A stretch of DNA of 64,000 nt, from NCBI GenBank assembly GCA_964627525.1, contig CAZVIA010000004.1, forward strand, positions 1,565 through 65,564, read 5' to 3'. The notes beneath the pieces were generated by a model. It saw nothing but the letters and a program-made list of their open reading frames with translations, was not told the DNA's origin and searched no databases. Every line of letters begins with the position of its first letter. Within the stretch, counting starts at the first letter, position 1. This DNA comes from an uncultured Gammaproteobacteria bacterium. Its GTDB lineage: Bacteria; Patescibacteriota; Patescibacteriia; Magasanikbacterales; JBBTQS01. A program made the translations under genes and the position numbers. Below, in pieces: positions 21,081-28,740 of the stretch.

Positions 21081-22193
21081 ATGTCAAAAACCAATACAGA
21101 ATTTGAAGCAAAAAACAAAGCAGCTGAAATCGCAATTGAACAAATCAAACAGCGATTCGGTGAAAATGCAATCATGAAATTTGGCGAAGCAAAATCATCT
21201 AAAGTAGATTCAATCCCAACTGGGTGTTTGTCTTTAGACATTGCATTAGGAGTTGGCGGAGTACCACGCGGTCGTATCATAGAAATTTTTGGACCAGAAG
21301 CTTCTGGAAAAACAACTTTAGCTCAACACGTAATTGGACAAGTTCAAAAACTAAATGGGATTGCAGCTTTTGTAGATGCAGAGCATGCACTTGATCCAGA
21401 TTATGCACGCAAGATTGGAGTGAACGTTGACGAGTTATTAATTTCACAACCAGACACTGGTGAGCAAGCTTTGGAAATTGTTGAAACTTTAGTGCGATCA
21501 AATGCAGTTGATGTTGTTGTAGTAGACTCTGTTGCAGCACTTGTTCCTAAAGCAGAAATTGAAGGTGAAATGGGAGCACACCATGTTGGATTACAAGCTC
21601 GGTTGATGAGCCAAGCTTTAAGAAAGTTAGCTGGAATTGTTAGTAAATCAAAAACAGTTGTAATTTTCATAAACCAAACTCGAATTAAAATCGGAGTTTT
21701 TTATGGAAATCCAGAAACAACAACTGGTGGAACTGCATTAAAATTTTATTCATCAGTTAGAGTTGAAGTAAGACGTTCAGCACAAATCAAACAAGCAGAT
21801 AAAATAATTGGAAACAGAGTTAAGGTTAAAATCGTAAAAAACAAAGTTGCACCACCATTCCGAACAACTGAATTTGATATCATGTATAACGAAGGAATTT
21901 CAATTGCTGGAGACTTGATTGAAACAGGTGTTGCGCACAAAGTTTTAACTAAATCTGGAAACAGTTATTCTTATGAAGATGAAAAATTAGGCGTAGGTCG
22001 TGAAAAAGCAAAAACTTATTTACGTGAAAATCCTAAGTTGATGGCAAAAATTCGTAAAGAAATTCTAGTGACCATTAATTTGGAAAACGAGGGGGTAGGA
22101 GTGGTAGATGAGGATGTTGAAGAAAAACCAAAGGAAGATTCAGAAGAGAAAGTTGAAGAAAAAATCAGTGGAAACAAAAAAAGCAAGGAGTAA
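21081..22193 (+). CDS. recA: Recombinase RecA
   Basis: It has the [13 protein letters not shown] Walker A and RecA core conservation throughout. Confidence 0.95.
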   Translation: MSKTNTEFEAKNKAAEIAIEQIKQRFGENAIMKFGEAKSSKVDSIPTGCLSLDIALGVGGVPRGRIIEIFGPEASGKTTLAQHVIGQVQKLNGIAAFVDAEHALDPDYARKIGVNVDELLISQPDTGEQALEIVETLVRSNAVDVVVVDSVAALVPKAEIEGEMGAHHVGLQARLMSQALRKLAGIVSKSKTVVIFINQTRIKIGVFYGNPETTTGGTALKFYSSVRVEVRRSAQIKQADKIIGNRVKVKIVKNKVAPPFRTTEFDIMYNEGISIAGDLIETGVAHKVLTKSGNSYSYEDEKLGVGREKAKTYLRENPKLMAKIRKEILVTINLENEGVGVVDEDVEEKPKEDSEEKVEEKISGNKKSKE

Positions 22194-22220
22194 AAAATAC
22201 AGAGCATAAGACGCAAAATT

Positions 22221-22258
22221 ACAAATCATTGCCAAATTTTGGCAATGATTTGTTTTTG
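22221..22258. terminator. Bidirectional Rho-independent terminator (13-bp perfect stem)
   Basis: The hairpin is acaaatcattgcc-aaatttt-ggcaatgatttgt, followed by a T-run. It lies between the recA 3' end and the reverse-transcriptase fragment 3' end. Confidence 0.6.
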
Positions 22259-22280
22259 AATTTCATAAGCATCTGCATAC

Positions 22281-22793
22281 TTACACAAACCCAAATATTG
22301 TTTTTTGCGAAGTTATTTTTTGCTTAAGAATTTGAAGTAAAATTTCATGATCAATAGAATCAAAAAACTTTTTAATATCTATTTTTAAAGACCAGCAGAT
22401 ACGCGAATAATTTTTACTTGATTTACGAGCAAATTTATTTAATCTATTCACTGCAGCATGAGTACCTTTTCCAATTCTACAAGAGTAAGAATCATAAACA
22501 AAACCGGAATCAAACATTGGATACAAAATCCTGTGAATAGCATGATGAACTAATCTATCTCGCACACTGGCTTTATGAATTATCCTGTGTTTTGGATCGT
22601 GGATATGAAATTTGTAATAACCTCCATGTTGATATACTCCTGAAACCAATTCATCTCTCAAACAAAAAATATTATCTTCCAAATATCGTTCAAATAATTC
22701 AACACCTGGCTTGGTTCTCTTTCCCTTAGAAAAATCTTTCCAAGCTAAAAATAAATTATTTAAATTTGTAATCTTATTATATATGTCATCCAT
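22281..22793 (-). CDS. DGR/retron-type reverse transcriptase, N-terminal fragment (motifs 0-2 only, probably truncated)
   Basis: It has LFLAWKDFSKGKRTKPGV (RT motif 0), IHKASVRDRLVHHAI (motif 1), SYSCRIGKGTHAAV (motif 2a) and IDIKKFFDSIDHEILL (motif 2). The ORF then stops, with no YxDD motif or thumb, and only about 30 nt remain before the recA terminator. Confidence 0.6.
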   Translation of the reverse strand: MDDIYNKITNLNNLFLAWKDFSKGKRTKPGVELFERYLEDNIFCLRDELVSGVYQHGGYYKFHIHDPKHRIIHKASVRDRLVHHAIHRILYPMFDSGFVYDSYSCRIGKGTHAAVNRLNKFARKSSKNYSRICWSLKIDIKKFFDSIDHEILLQILKQKITSQKTIFGFV

Positions 22794-23127
22794 ATACGAA
22801 ACTTCTATATTTAAACTTACTTATGATGTGCTTAAAGAAATACATATTGCCAAAAGGTCATTTCTAAAATCAGAAAAATACACGCTTGGTGAAGTGCTTG
22901 AAAATTCCCTACTAAAAACACTTCTTGCAATTGTAAAGACAGGAAAAACAAAGCCCAAGTGGAAACTCCCAGTAATAGAAGAGGCACAGATTCATCTTGA
23001 AAAAACAAAAATACTTATGCGTCTAGCGATTGACCTAGATCAAATTAAAGGCAAACGAATAAATTATCTACGAGAACACACACAAAGAATAGGTCAGGAA
23101 TTGGGTGGGTGGAAACGGTCTTTATAA
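22783..23127 (+). CDS. avd: Avd-like four-helix-bundle protein (DGR accessory variability determinant / 23S-IVS protein family)
   Basis: It is about 114 aa. Its C-terminal IGQELGGWKRSL resembles the conserved ...LGG.I..L end of Avd/IVS four-helix-bundle proteins, and the helical heptad pattern fits. Its start codon overlaps the reverse-transcriptase start on the opposite strand. Confidence 0.6.
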   Translation: MSSIYETSIFKLTYDVLKEIHIAKRSFLKSEKYTLGEVLENSLLKTLLAIVKTGKTKPKWKLPVIEEAQIHLEKTKILMRLAIDLDQIKGKRINYLREHTQRIGQELGGWKRSL

Positions 23128-23131
23128 AAAT

Positions 23132-23158
23132 TTGCAACGCTGATTTGAGGCGTTGCAA
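23132..23158. terminator. Hairpin terminator (9-bp stem ttgcaacgc/gcgttgcaa) between avd and the template repeat
   Basis: The perfect inverted repeat is followed by a TCTCTTTT run on the + strand and an A/T run on the - strand, so it may act as a bidirectional terminator. Confidence 0.5.
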
Positions 23159-23167
23159 ATTCTCTTT

Positions 23168-23297
23168 TACACTCCCGACACGAAGCCGAACCATAACGCG
23201 AGTTCGTATTGTCATCCCAGTTCCAGCTCAACTTCGGTCCGTCGAGCCACAAGTTGAGGTACGCAAAGTTCTCGCGATTGTCACAATGGACAGAACT
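23168..23297 (-). repeat. DGR template repeat (TR)
   Basis: It is 130 bp and 90% identical to 23637..23766. At 11 of the 13 mismatches this copy has A on the minus strand where the other copy has G, T or C. Three AAC codons in the matched frame are among the varied sites. The copy is non-coding, and the overlapping ORF 23109..23300 is spurious. Confidence 0.75.
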
Positions 23298-23545
23298 TAA
23301 TTAGCCAAATTCCTCCCTTTTTCACCACAACTTCCACTTTTCATGGTTATTGTTGTATTTCATTCTGAATCTAAAATTCAATAGAATCTAACCGAAGTGT
23401 ATTTAAAACAAGCTCATCTAAGTACACTGCACAGTATGCTTAATAACTGCACATCTTTGTCATTTTGAGCAATTTCGGGGACAAAAATAAACAATTTATT
23501 ATTGTGCACTACCCTAATCTCAAACAAAGTATATCAAAAAAAGAA

Positions 23546-23573
23546 GACTCTGGCTTTGTTACAAGTCAGAGTC
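23546..23573 (-). terminator. Rho-independent terminator of the DGR target gene
   Basis: The inverted repeat gactctg...cagagtc is followed on the minus strand by a UUCUUUUUUU run. It lies about 60 nt past the target-gene stop codon. Confidence 0.45.
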
Positions 23574-23628
23574 AAAAAAAGGGAAAAGGGATAAGTATTA
23601 AAGAGTGAAGAGGGTCAAAGGGGTAATG

Positions 23629-24369
23629 TTACTTAATACACTTCCGACACGAAGCCGAACCATCACGCGAGTACGCATTGACATCCCAGTCCCAGCCCAA
23701 CTCCGGCCCGTCGAGCCACAAGCCGAGGCACGCAAAGTTCTCGCGATTGCCACAATGGACAGAACTGGGTAGATCCACGTAGTGATCTTGCAGAACCTTT
23801 CTATTCTGGGCAAACAATGCAAGACCCTCCATTGCATCAAGTCCGATTTCATTTTTTTCAAACTCTTTACGACAAGTTTGGACATTCTTTCCTAGATTGC
23901 GCTTACCATCTTGGCACCAAATCCAGTATACATCTTGTTTTTTGACTTGTTCTGGATTGAATGGTTCAAATGTAGAATTGTTTCCAGTGAACTTTACTCC
24001 TAGAAGTTCGCAGACTTTGACAAGTCCGCCGAATTTGAAGCTCTTTCCATCCTCACCTTTAGTACACGCGATGCGTGCATCTACTAGAACAAGTTTGTCC
24101 AAGTAGTCTGGGAGATCTTCAGAACGCTCTGGCTCTGGAGGAATGAACTCAAGGTACTCAGCAAATGTGCTATAACCAAGCACTTCTCCAAAACCACAAT
24201 CCCAGAGGAGTTTGGCTTGGTGTTCGCGGATGTTGCTTTGTTCTTCTGCAACAGTCTCTCCACGCAAAATGCGGATCACAGCTTCCAAGCCACCGAGTTT
24301 GGTGACCAAAGCTTTGACATGCCCAATGCGAAAATCATCGACCTTTTTCACAGAGTCTAGGTCGTGCAT
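23629..24369 (-). CDS. DGR target (variable) protein, 246 aa, with the variable repeat at its C-terminus; no signal peptide seen
   Basis: The ORF has a visibly higher G+C (around 45%) than its neighbours. The C-terminal variable repeat is Trp/Gly/Asp-rich, as in the C-type-lectin-fold variable regions of DGR targets, although the fold is not verified. Confidence 0.65.
   Translation of the reverse strand: MHDLDSVKKVDDFRIGHVKALVTKLGGLEAVIRILRGETVAEEQSNIREHQAKLLWDCGFGEVLGYSTFAEYLEFIPPEPERSEDLPDYLDKLVLVDARIACTKGEDGKSFKFGGLVKVCELLGVKFTGNNSTFEPFNPEQVKKQDVYWIWCQDGKRNLGKNVQTCRKEFEKNEIGLDAMEGLALFAQNRKVLQDHYVDLPSSVHCGNRENFACLGLWLDGPELGWDWDVNAYSRDGSASCRKCIK
23637..23766 (-). repeat. DGR variable repeat (VR), 3' end of the target gene
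   Basis: This copy is the partner of the template repeat. It encodes the C-terminal 43 aa (SSVHCGNRENFACLGLWLDGPELGWDWDVNAYSRDGSASCRKC) of the target protein and ends 5 nt before the stop codon. Confidence 0.75.
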
Positions 24370-24505
24370 CTTTCTCTCCTTTGGTCTATTTGACCATCAG
24401 TTTTACCTCTACCCGAGGCCTGGGTCTGCAAAGACTACAGACAATTTATACTAGCACTTTTTATGTAAGATGTCAAGTCTATTTTCAAAAAAGGCTCTTC
24501 AAAAC

Positions 24506-24787
24506 CTAAAACCGATTCCAAAATCCCTTATAAGCAATTGACCTGTGTCCAATTTTAAAAATTTTAACTTTTTTCTTTTCAATACGAAAAATTACCCTAT
24601 AGTCGCCCACACGTAATTTTCTATTATTTTTCAAAGATTTCCTCAATGGTTTGCCAAACTTTTCCGGTGCTACTAATAATTTTTCCTCAATTGATTTTTT
24701 AATTCTATCCTTAATTGATACACCTAATTTAGGTATATCTTTTTTAACAACTGACTCATGATACTCTATTTCATAACTCATACCCAT
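24506..24787 (-). CDS. relE: Type II toxin, RelE/ParE family
   Basis: It has a C-terminal VGDYRVIFRIE...KIGHR motif. It overlaps the upstream antitoxin gene by 10 nt. Confidence 0.75.
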   Translation of the reverse strand: MGMSYEIEYHESVVKKDIPKLGVSIKDRIKKSIEEKLLVAPEKFGKPLRKSLKNNRKLRVGDYRVIFRIEKKKVKIFKIGHRSIAYKGFWNRF

Positions 24788-24999
24788 ACACTATCATGAG
24801 GAATAAATTCTGCATTATTAGTATCACGTTTTTTAACAATAGTATCCCAAACTTCGTCTTCTTCAATTTCTACTGCTTTACAGATTAATTCCAAAGCTTT
24901 TGTAGCCAAAGGAACACCATCTCTTTCAGCAAGACGACCAAGAATTTTTTCCATTTCTTTGGGTAATGCAAGATTAATACGTTTTTTTAATGTAGGCAT
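24778..24999 (-). CDS. Ribbon-helix-helix (CopG/RelB-type) antitoxin
   Basis: The N-terminal KRINLALPKEMEKILGRLAERDG is an RHH signature, and it sits directly upstream of relE. Confidence 0.6.
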   Translation of the reverse strand: MPTLKKRINLALPKEMEKILGRLAERDGVPLATKALELICKAVEIEEDEVWDTIVKKRDTNNAEFIPHDSVWV

Positions 25000-25073
25000 A
25001 AATTTAGATTAACTTAATACAATTTAAGTGTAACACCTGTGTTACACCTTGTCAAACCAAAATATCAACCATC

Positions 25074-25637
25074 TTAATTAACCCTCTCAGCATAAGAACC
25101 ATCTTCAGTTTTCACCGCAACAACCTCACCTTCTTTAATAAAAACAGGAGCCATTATTTTCGCGCCCGTTTCCAGTTCAATTTCTTTCATTGCAGTACCA
25201 GACGCTGTGTCCCCTTTTGCTCCAGGAGGAGATGTTGTAACTTTTAATTTAACTTTATTTGGAAGCTCAATAGTGATTGCTTTTTCTTCATGAAAAACCC
25301 CAATTACTTTTTGTCCTTCTTTCAAAAACTTCAAAGCATCGCCGATCATTTCTTTATTCAACTCAATTTGTTCATAAGTTTCTCCATCCATAAAATGCAC
25401 AAAGTTTTCATCACTATACAAAAAATTTAAATTACGACGATCAACTTGCGCTGACTCAATAGCATTAGCATCATGAAAAGTTTGATCCATAGATGCACCT
25501 GTGCGAATATTTTTTAATTTAGTTTTAACAAAAGCCCCACCCTTACCAGGTTTCACATGCTGATAATTAGTTACGACAAATACATCTCCACGAAATTTAA
25601 CAATTGCATTTTTATGCAAAAAATCTATTGTACCCAT
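25074..25637 (-). CDS. efp: Elongation factor P
   Basis: It has the KPGKGGAFVKTKLKN motif, and its length matches EF-P. Confidence 0.9.
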   Translation of the reverse strand: MGTIDFLHKNAIVKFRGDVFVVTNYQHVKPGKGGAFVKTKLKNIRTGASMDQTFHDANAIESAQVDRRNLNFLYSDENFVHFMDGETYEQIELNKEMIGDALKFLKEGQKVIGVFHEEKAITIELPNKVKLKVTTSPPGAKGDTASGTAMKEIELETGAKIMAPVFIKEGEVVAVKTEDGSYAERVN

Positions 25638-25691
25638 ACTTTTAAAATATTAAATAATCAAAGGCAGACCCCAGAGGGCCTGCCTTAATTT

Positions 25692-25916
25692 TTATCTTGG
25701 AATATATGGCATTAGCGACATTTGCCGTGCCTGCTTTATTGCGGCTGCAACTTTTCGCTGATGCTTTGCGCACAAACCAGATCTTTTACGAGGAGCTATC
25801 TTCATGTATGAAGAAATAAATCTTCGTAAAGTCACTATATCTGAGTAATCAATTTCTTTTTGATTCACACAATAGTGACACATTTTCTGAGTTGTGGTTT
25901 TTTTCTTTTTCATCAT
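25692..25916 (-). CDS. rpsR: 30S ribosomal protein S18
   Basis: It has the CHYC...RRFIS...IAPRKRSGLCAKHQRKVAAAIKQAR motif. Confidence 0.9.
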   Translation of the reverse strand: MMKKKKTTTQKMCHYCVNQKEIDYSDIVTLRRFISSYMKIAPRKRSGLCAKHQRKVAAAIKQARQMSLMPYIPR

Positions 25917-25921
25917 AATTC

Positions 25922-26422
25922 TTAGAATGGAATATCCTCAACTTTAATTTCATCTTCATCAACTTGAGGAACACTAGGTCCTGTTGGAGCTACTATATCA
26001 TTAACTGGCTCATAAGAAGGTTGGTTTGAAGATGCCCCACCACTAAATCCACCAGCAGAAGGAGTAGAAGGAGCTGCTCCACCACCTGCAGAACGTGGCC
26101 CATCTAACATAATCATATCAGTTGCAATAACTTCTGTCTTATAACGACGAACACCGTCATTACCAGCCCAGTCACGAGTTTGCAAACGACCCTCAACATA
26201 CACACGCTTTCCTTTTGTTAAATATTGTCCACAAATTTCTGCCAACTTACCCCACGCTACAATATCATGATATTCAGGACGGTCTTGAAATTGTCCACTA
26301 CTATCTTTCCAACGAAAATTTGTTGCTACTGAAAAATTTGCTACTTGCTGACCACTTGGAATACTTCTTACTTCAGGGTCTCTTGTTAAACGGCCAATGA
26401 CCATTGATTTGTTTAAATCCAT
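25922..26422 (-). CDS. ssb: Single-stranded DNA-binding protein
   Basis: It has an OB-fold N-terminus, a Gly-rich linker and a C-terminal DIPF tail. Confidence 0.9.
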   Translation of the reverse strand: MDLNKSMVIGRLTRDPEVRSIPSGQQVANFSVATNFRWKDSSGQFQDRPEYHDIVAWGKLAEICGQYLTKGKRVYVEGRLQTRDWAGNDGVRRYKTEVIATDMIMLDGPRSAGGGAAPSTPSAGGFSGGASSNQPSYEPVNDIVAPTGPSVPQVDEDEIKVEDIPF

Positions 26423-26434
26423 ATATTTTTTGTT

Positions 26435-27142
26435 TTACAAATTATCAGGAATAAAATCCTGCTCAAGCAAATCATCTAGCTTTTTATCTAATTCATCCAT
26501 GTCCAAAGGTTTTCTAATAACAGGTTTTTCATCAATTGGTGCAGGTTCTGAAACAACTTGTTCTGGTACCACAACTGGTTCTGGCTCTGTGACAACAGTA
26601 GGCTCTGGCGTTACAACAGGCTCTGGTATTTTAACTTCTTCAACAATAGGGGTGGCTGTCTCTACAGGAACAACTGGTTCTACAGGTGCTACTTTAATAG
26701 GCTCAACTGGTCTAACAATTGGCTTTTGCACCATATCATTTTTAACCTCTCTTGAACCCTGGTCTCTATCTCTGTGACCACCTCTTGTTGGTCGTTCACG
26801 ATCACGATCTTTTGTTACCAAAGTATTTGTTGTAAAAGCAAAAGCACGCTCATGACCTTCAACAGCCTGGCGCACCAAATGTCTCATCAACCCTTTGAAT
26901 CTTCCTAAAACAGAATTTAATTCATTTACTTTTTCACCTTCCATCTCACATTTACCCGCAATAAACCAAGCGAACTTGTTTGGTCCGATTGAATAAGCAA
27001 GACGTTGCTTGTTTAAATTAATAAATTGTATTTCTCCAGCGCCCTGACCTTCTAAAACAGTTTTTAACTCTGTTTGACGAGCCTCAAGCTCATCTTCAGT
27101 CATGCTACCTGGAAAAACAAATAACAGTTCGTACACAGTCAT
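26435..27142 (-). CDS. rpsF: 30S ribosomal protein S6 with a roughly 130-aa Pro/Val/Glu-rich C-terminal extension
   Basis: The N-terminal 100 aa are conserved S6, and it lies in rpsF-ssb-rpsR order. The tail contains PEPVV-type repeats. Confidence 0.85.
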   Translation of the reverse strand: MTVYELLFVFPGSMTEDELEARQTELKTVLEGQGAGEIQFINLNKQRLAYSIGPNKFAWFIAGKCEMEGEKVNELNSVLGRFKGLMRHLVRQAVEGHERAFAFTTNTLVTKDRDRERPTRGGHRDRDQGSREVKNDMVQKPIVRPVEPIKVAPVEPVVPVETATPIVEEVKIPEPVVTPEPTVVTEPEPVVVPEQVVSEPAPIDEKPVIRKPLDMDELDKKLDDLLEQDFIPDNL

Positions 27143-27231
27143 AACTTTCCTAATATCTTAGGTTGCAGTATCATAACATAATTGGTTTTTCAGTGCAAGT
27201 GACTTGTTTTAAGCTATTTTACCTTAATTTT

Positions 27232-28731
27232 ATGTTATCAAAAACTTTTACAGCCATTCCAAATGGTATGAATATCGCAAAAATTGAAATTGAAACAGAT
27301 ATGCGTGGTGGTTTTCCTTGTTTTACTATAGTTGGCCTACCAGATACAGCTGTTCAAGAGGCGCGCGAACGCATCAAAGCTGCAATCACAAATTCTGGTT
27401 TTGATTTTCCACACTCTTACAGAATAATTGTAAATCTTGCACCAGCAACTTTGCGCAAAGCAGGAACTATTTATGATTTGCCAATTGCAATTGGAATTTT
27501 ATTAAACTGTCTGAAAATCCGTATCCCTAATTTTGACAAAATATTTTTTGCAGGTGAACTTGCTTTGGATGGGTCTGTTAGGTTTACAAAAGATATTGTG
27601 CCAATACTTTTACAACTAAAAAAACTTTGTGCTCAAGAAATTTTTATTCCAGAAAAAAATTGTGCACACGCCTTAATTAATAATCATACAAAAATTTTTC
27701 CTGTAAAAAACCTTTCACAACTCATCGCCCATTTAAGCAATAATAAAAAAATTCAATCACTAAAAAAATCCCAAATTCAAAACTCAAACCAAATTCAAAA
27801 TCCTGAAAAAAACTTTTCTAAAAACAAAACTGAATTTGATTTTTCAGAAATCCAAGGACAGCAAACAGCAAAACGTGCTTTAGAAATTGCAGCTACAAGT
27901 GGACACAATATTTTATTTAACGGACCGCCAGGATCTGGAAAAACAATGTTAGCAAAAACTTTTTCAAGCATTCTCCCAAAAATGTCTGAACAAGAAATTG
28001 TTGAAACCACACACTTACATGCTTTGGCAGGATTATTAAATCACGATACTCCTTTTATAACTTCCAGACCAATCCGAACTCCACACCATAGTGCTTCTGC
28101 AAATGCTTTGATTGGTGGTGGAACAATTCCACGTCCTGGTGAAATTAGCTTGGCGCACAATGGAGTTTTATTTTTAGATGAACTTCCAGAATTTTCCAGA
28201 TCTGTTTTAGAAACTTTGCGACAACCACTTGAAGATGAGTATGTGACAATTGCACGACTTAATGGAAGCACAAAATTTCCCGCAAAGTTTATTTTATTAG
28301 CCAGTCAAAATCCATGCCCATGTGGTTTTGCAACTGACAAAGAAAAAAACTGTACTTGCCCGCGCGCAGCAATTGAACGTTACAGCAAAAAAATCTCTGG
28401 CCCTTTATTAGACCGATTTGATATGTGTGTTGAAGTTCCAAGAATACCAATCGCACAAATAAATGATTTAGCAAAACAAGAGACAAGTGAGATTATTAAA
28501 AATAGAATTTATCAGGCAAAAATTTTTCAAAAGAAAAATTTTTCCCTAGAAAAAAACCTCGCCTTAGACACTCAAACAAAAAAACTTCTTGAAAAAACCG
28601 CAGACAAAATGAATTTGTCTTTACGCGGATATTACAAAGTAATTAAAGTTGCACGAACAGTCGCTGACTTAGCTCAAGAAAAAAACATACTTAGACAGCA
28701 TGTTTTAGAAGCTTTGCATTATAAAACCTAA
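27232..28731 (+). CDS. comM: YifB/ComM-family Mg-chelatase-like AAA+ ATPase
   Basis: It has an N-terminal Lon-protease-like domain, a Walker A GPPGSGKTMLAK and a C-terminal ChlI-like region. The ORF track starts at 27163, but an internal Met at about 27232 is more likely because it avoids the rpsF promoter region. Confidence 0.8.
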   Translation: MLSKTFTAIPNGMNIAKIEIETDMRGGFPCFTIVGLPDTAVQEARERIKAAITNSGFDFPHSYRIIVNLAPATLRKAGTIYDLPIAIGILLNCLKIRIPNFDKIFFAGELALDGSVRFTKDIVPILLQLKKLCAQEIFIPEKNCAHALINNHTKIFPVKNLSQLIAHLSNNKKIQSLKKSQIQNSNQIQNPEKNFSKNKTEFDFSEIQGQQTAKRALEIAATSGHNILFNGPPGSGKTMLAKTFSSILPKMSEQEIVETTHLHALAGLLNHDTPFITSRPIRTPHHSASANALIGGGTIPRPGEISLAHNGVLFLDELPEFSRSVLETLRQPLEDEYVTIARLNGSTKFPAKFILLASQNPCPCGFATDKEKNCTCPRAAIERYSKKISGPLLDRFDMCVEVPRIPIAQINDLAKQETSEIIKNRIYQAKIFQKKNFSLEKNLALDTQTKKLLEKTADKMNLSLRGYYKVIKVARTVADLAQEKNILRQHVLEALHYKT

Positions 28732-28740
28732 TTAACCTAA

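Larger units (their letters stand above)
22281..24369 (-). mobile_element. Diversity-generating retroelement (DGR) cassette: reverse-transcriptase fragment, avd, template repeat and target gene with variable repeat
   Basis: The cassette contains a reverse-transcriptase-motif ORF and an Avd-like four-helix-bundle ORF. A 130-bp template repeat matches the 3' end of a downstream gene, with adenine-specific mismatches. Confidence 0.7.

Noticed and set aside
23109-23300. 63-aa plus-strand ORF covering the template repeat
   Set aside because: It overlaps the non-coding DGR template repeat and the avd terminator hairpin, has no start context, and the template repeat is read from the other strand.
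23598-23885. 95-aa alternative-frame ORF inside the DGR target gene
   Set aside because: It is fully nested in another frame of the longer 246-aa ORF whose C-terminus matches the template repeat in-frame, so it is a spurious shadow ORF.
26397-26777. 126-aa Gly/Ser/Thr-rich plus-strand ORF
   Set aside because: It is antisense to the Pro/Val/Glu repeat tail of rpsF and is a low-complexity mirror ORF.
27163-27231. Upstream extension of the comM/yifB ORF
   Set aside because: The extension starts 20 nt from the divergent rpsF start and encodes a non-conserved hydrophobic stretch. The internal Met preceding the conserved Lon-like N-domain is more plausible.
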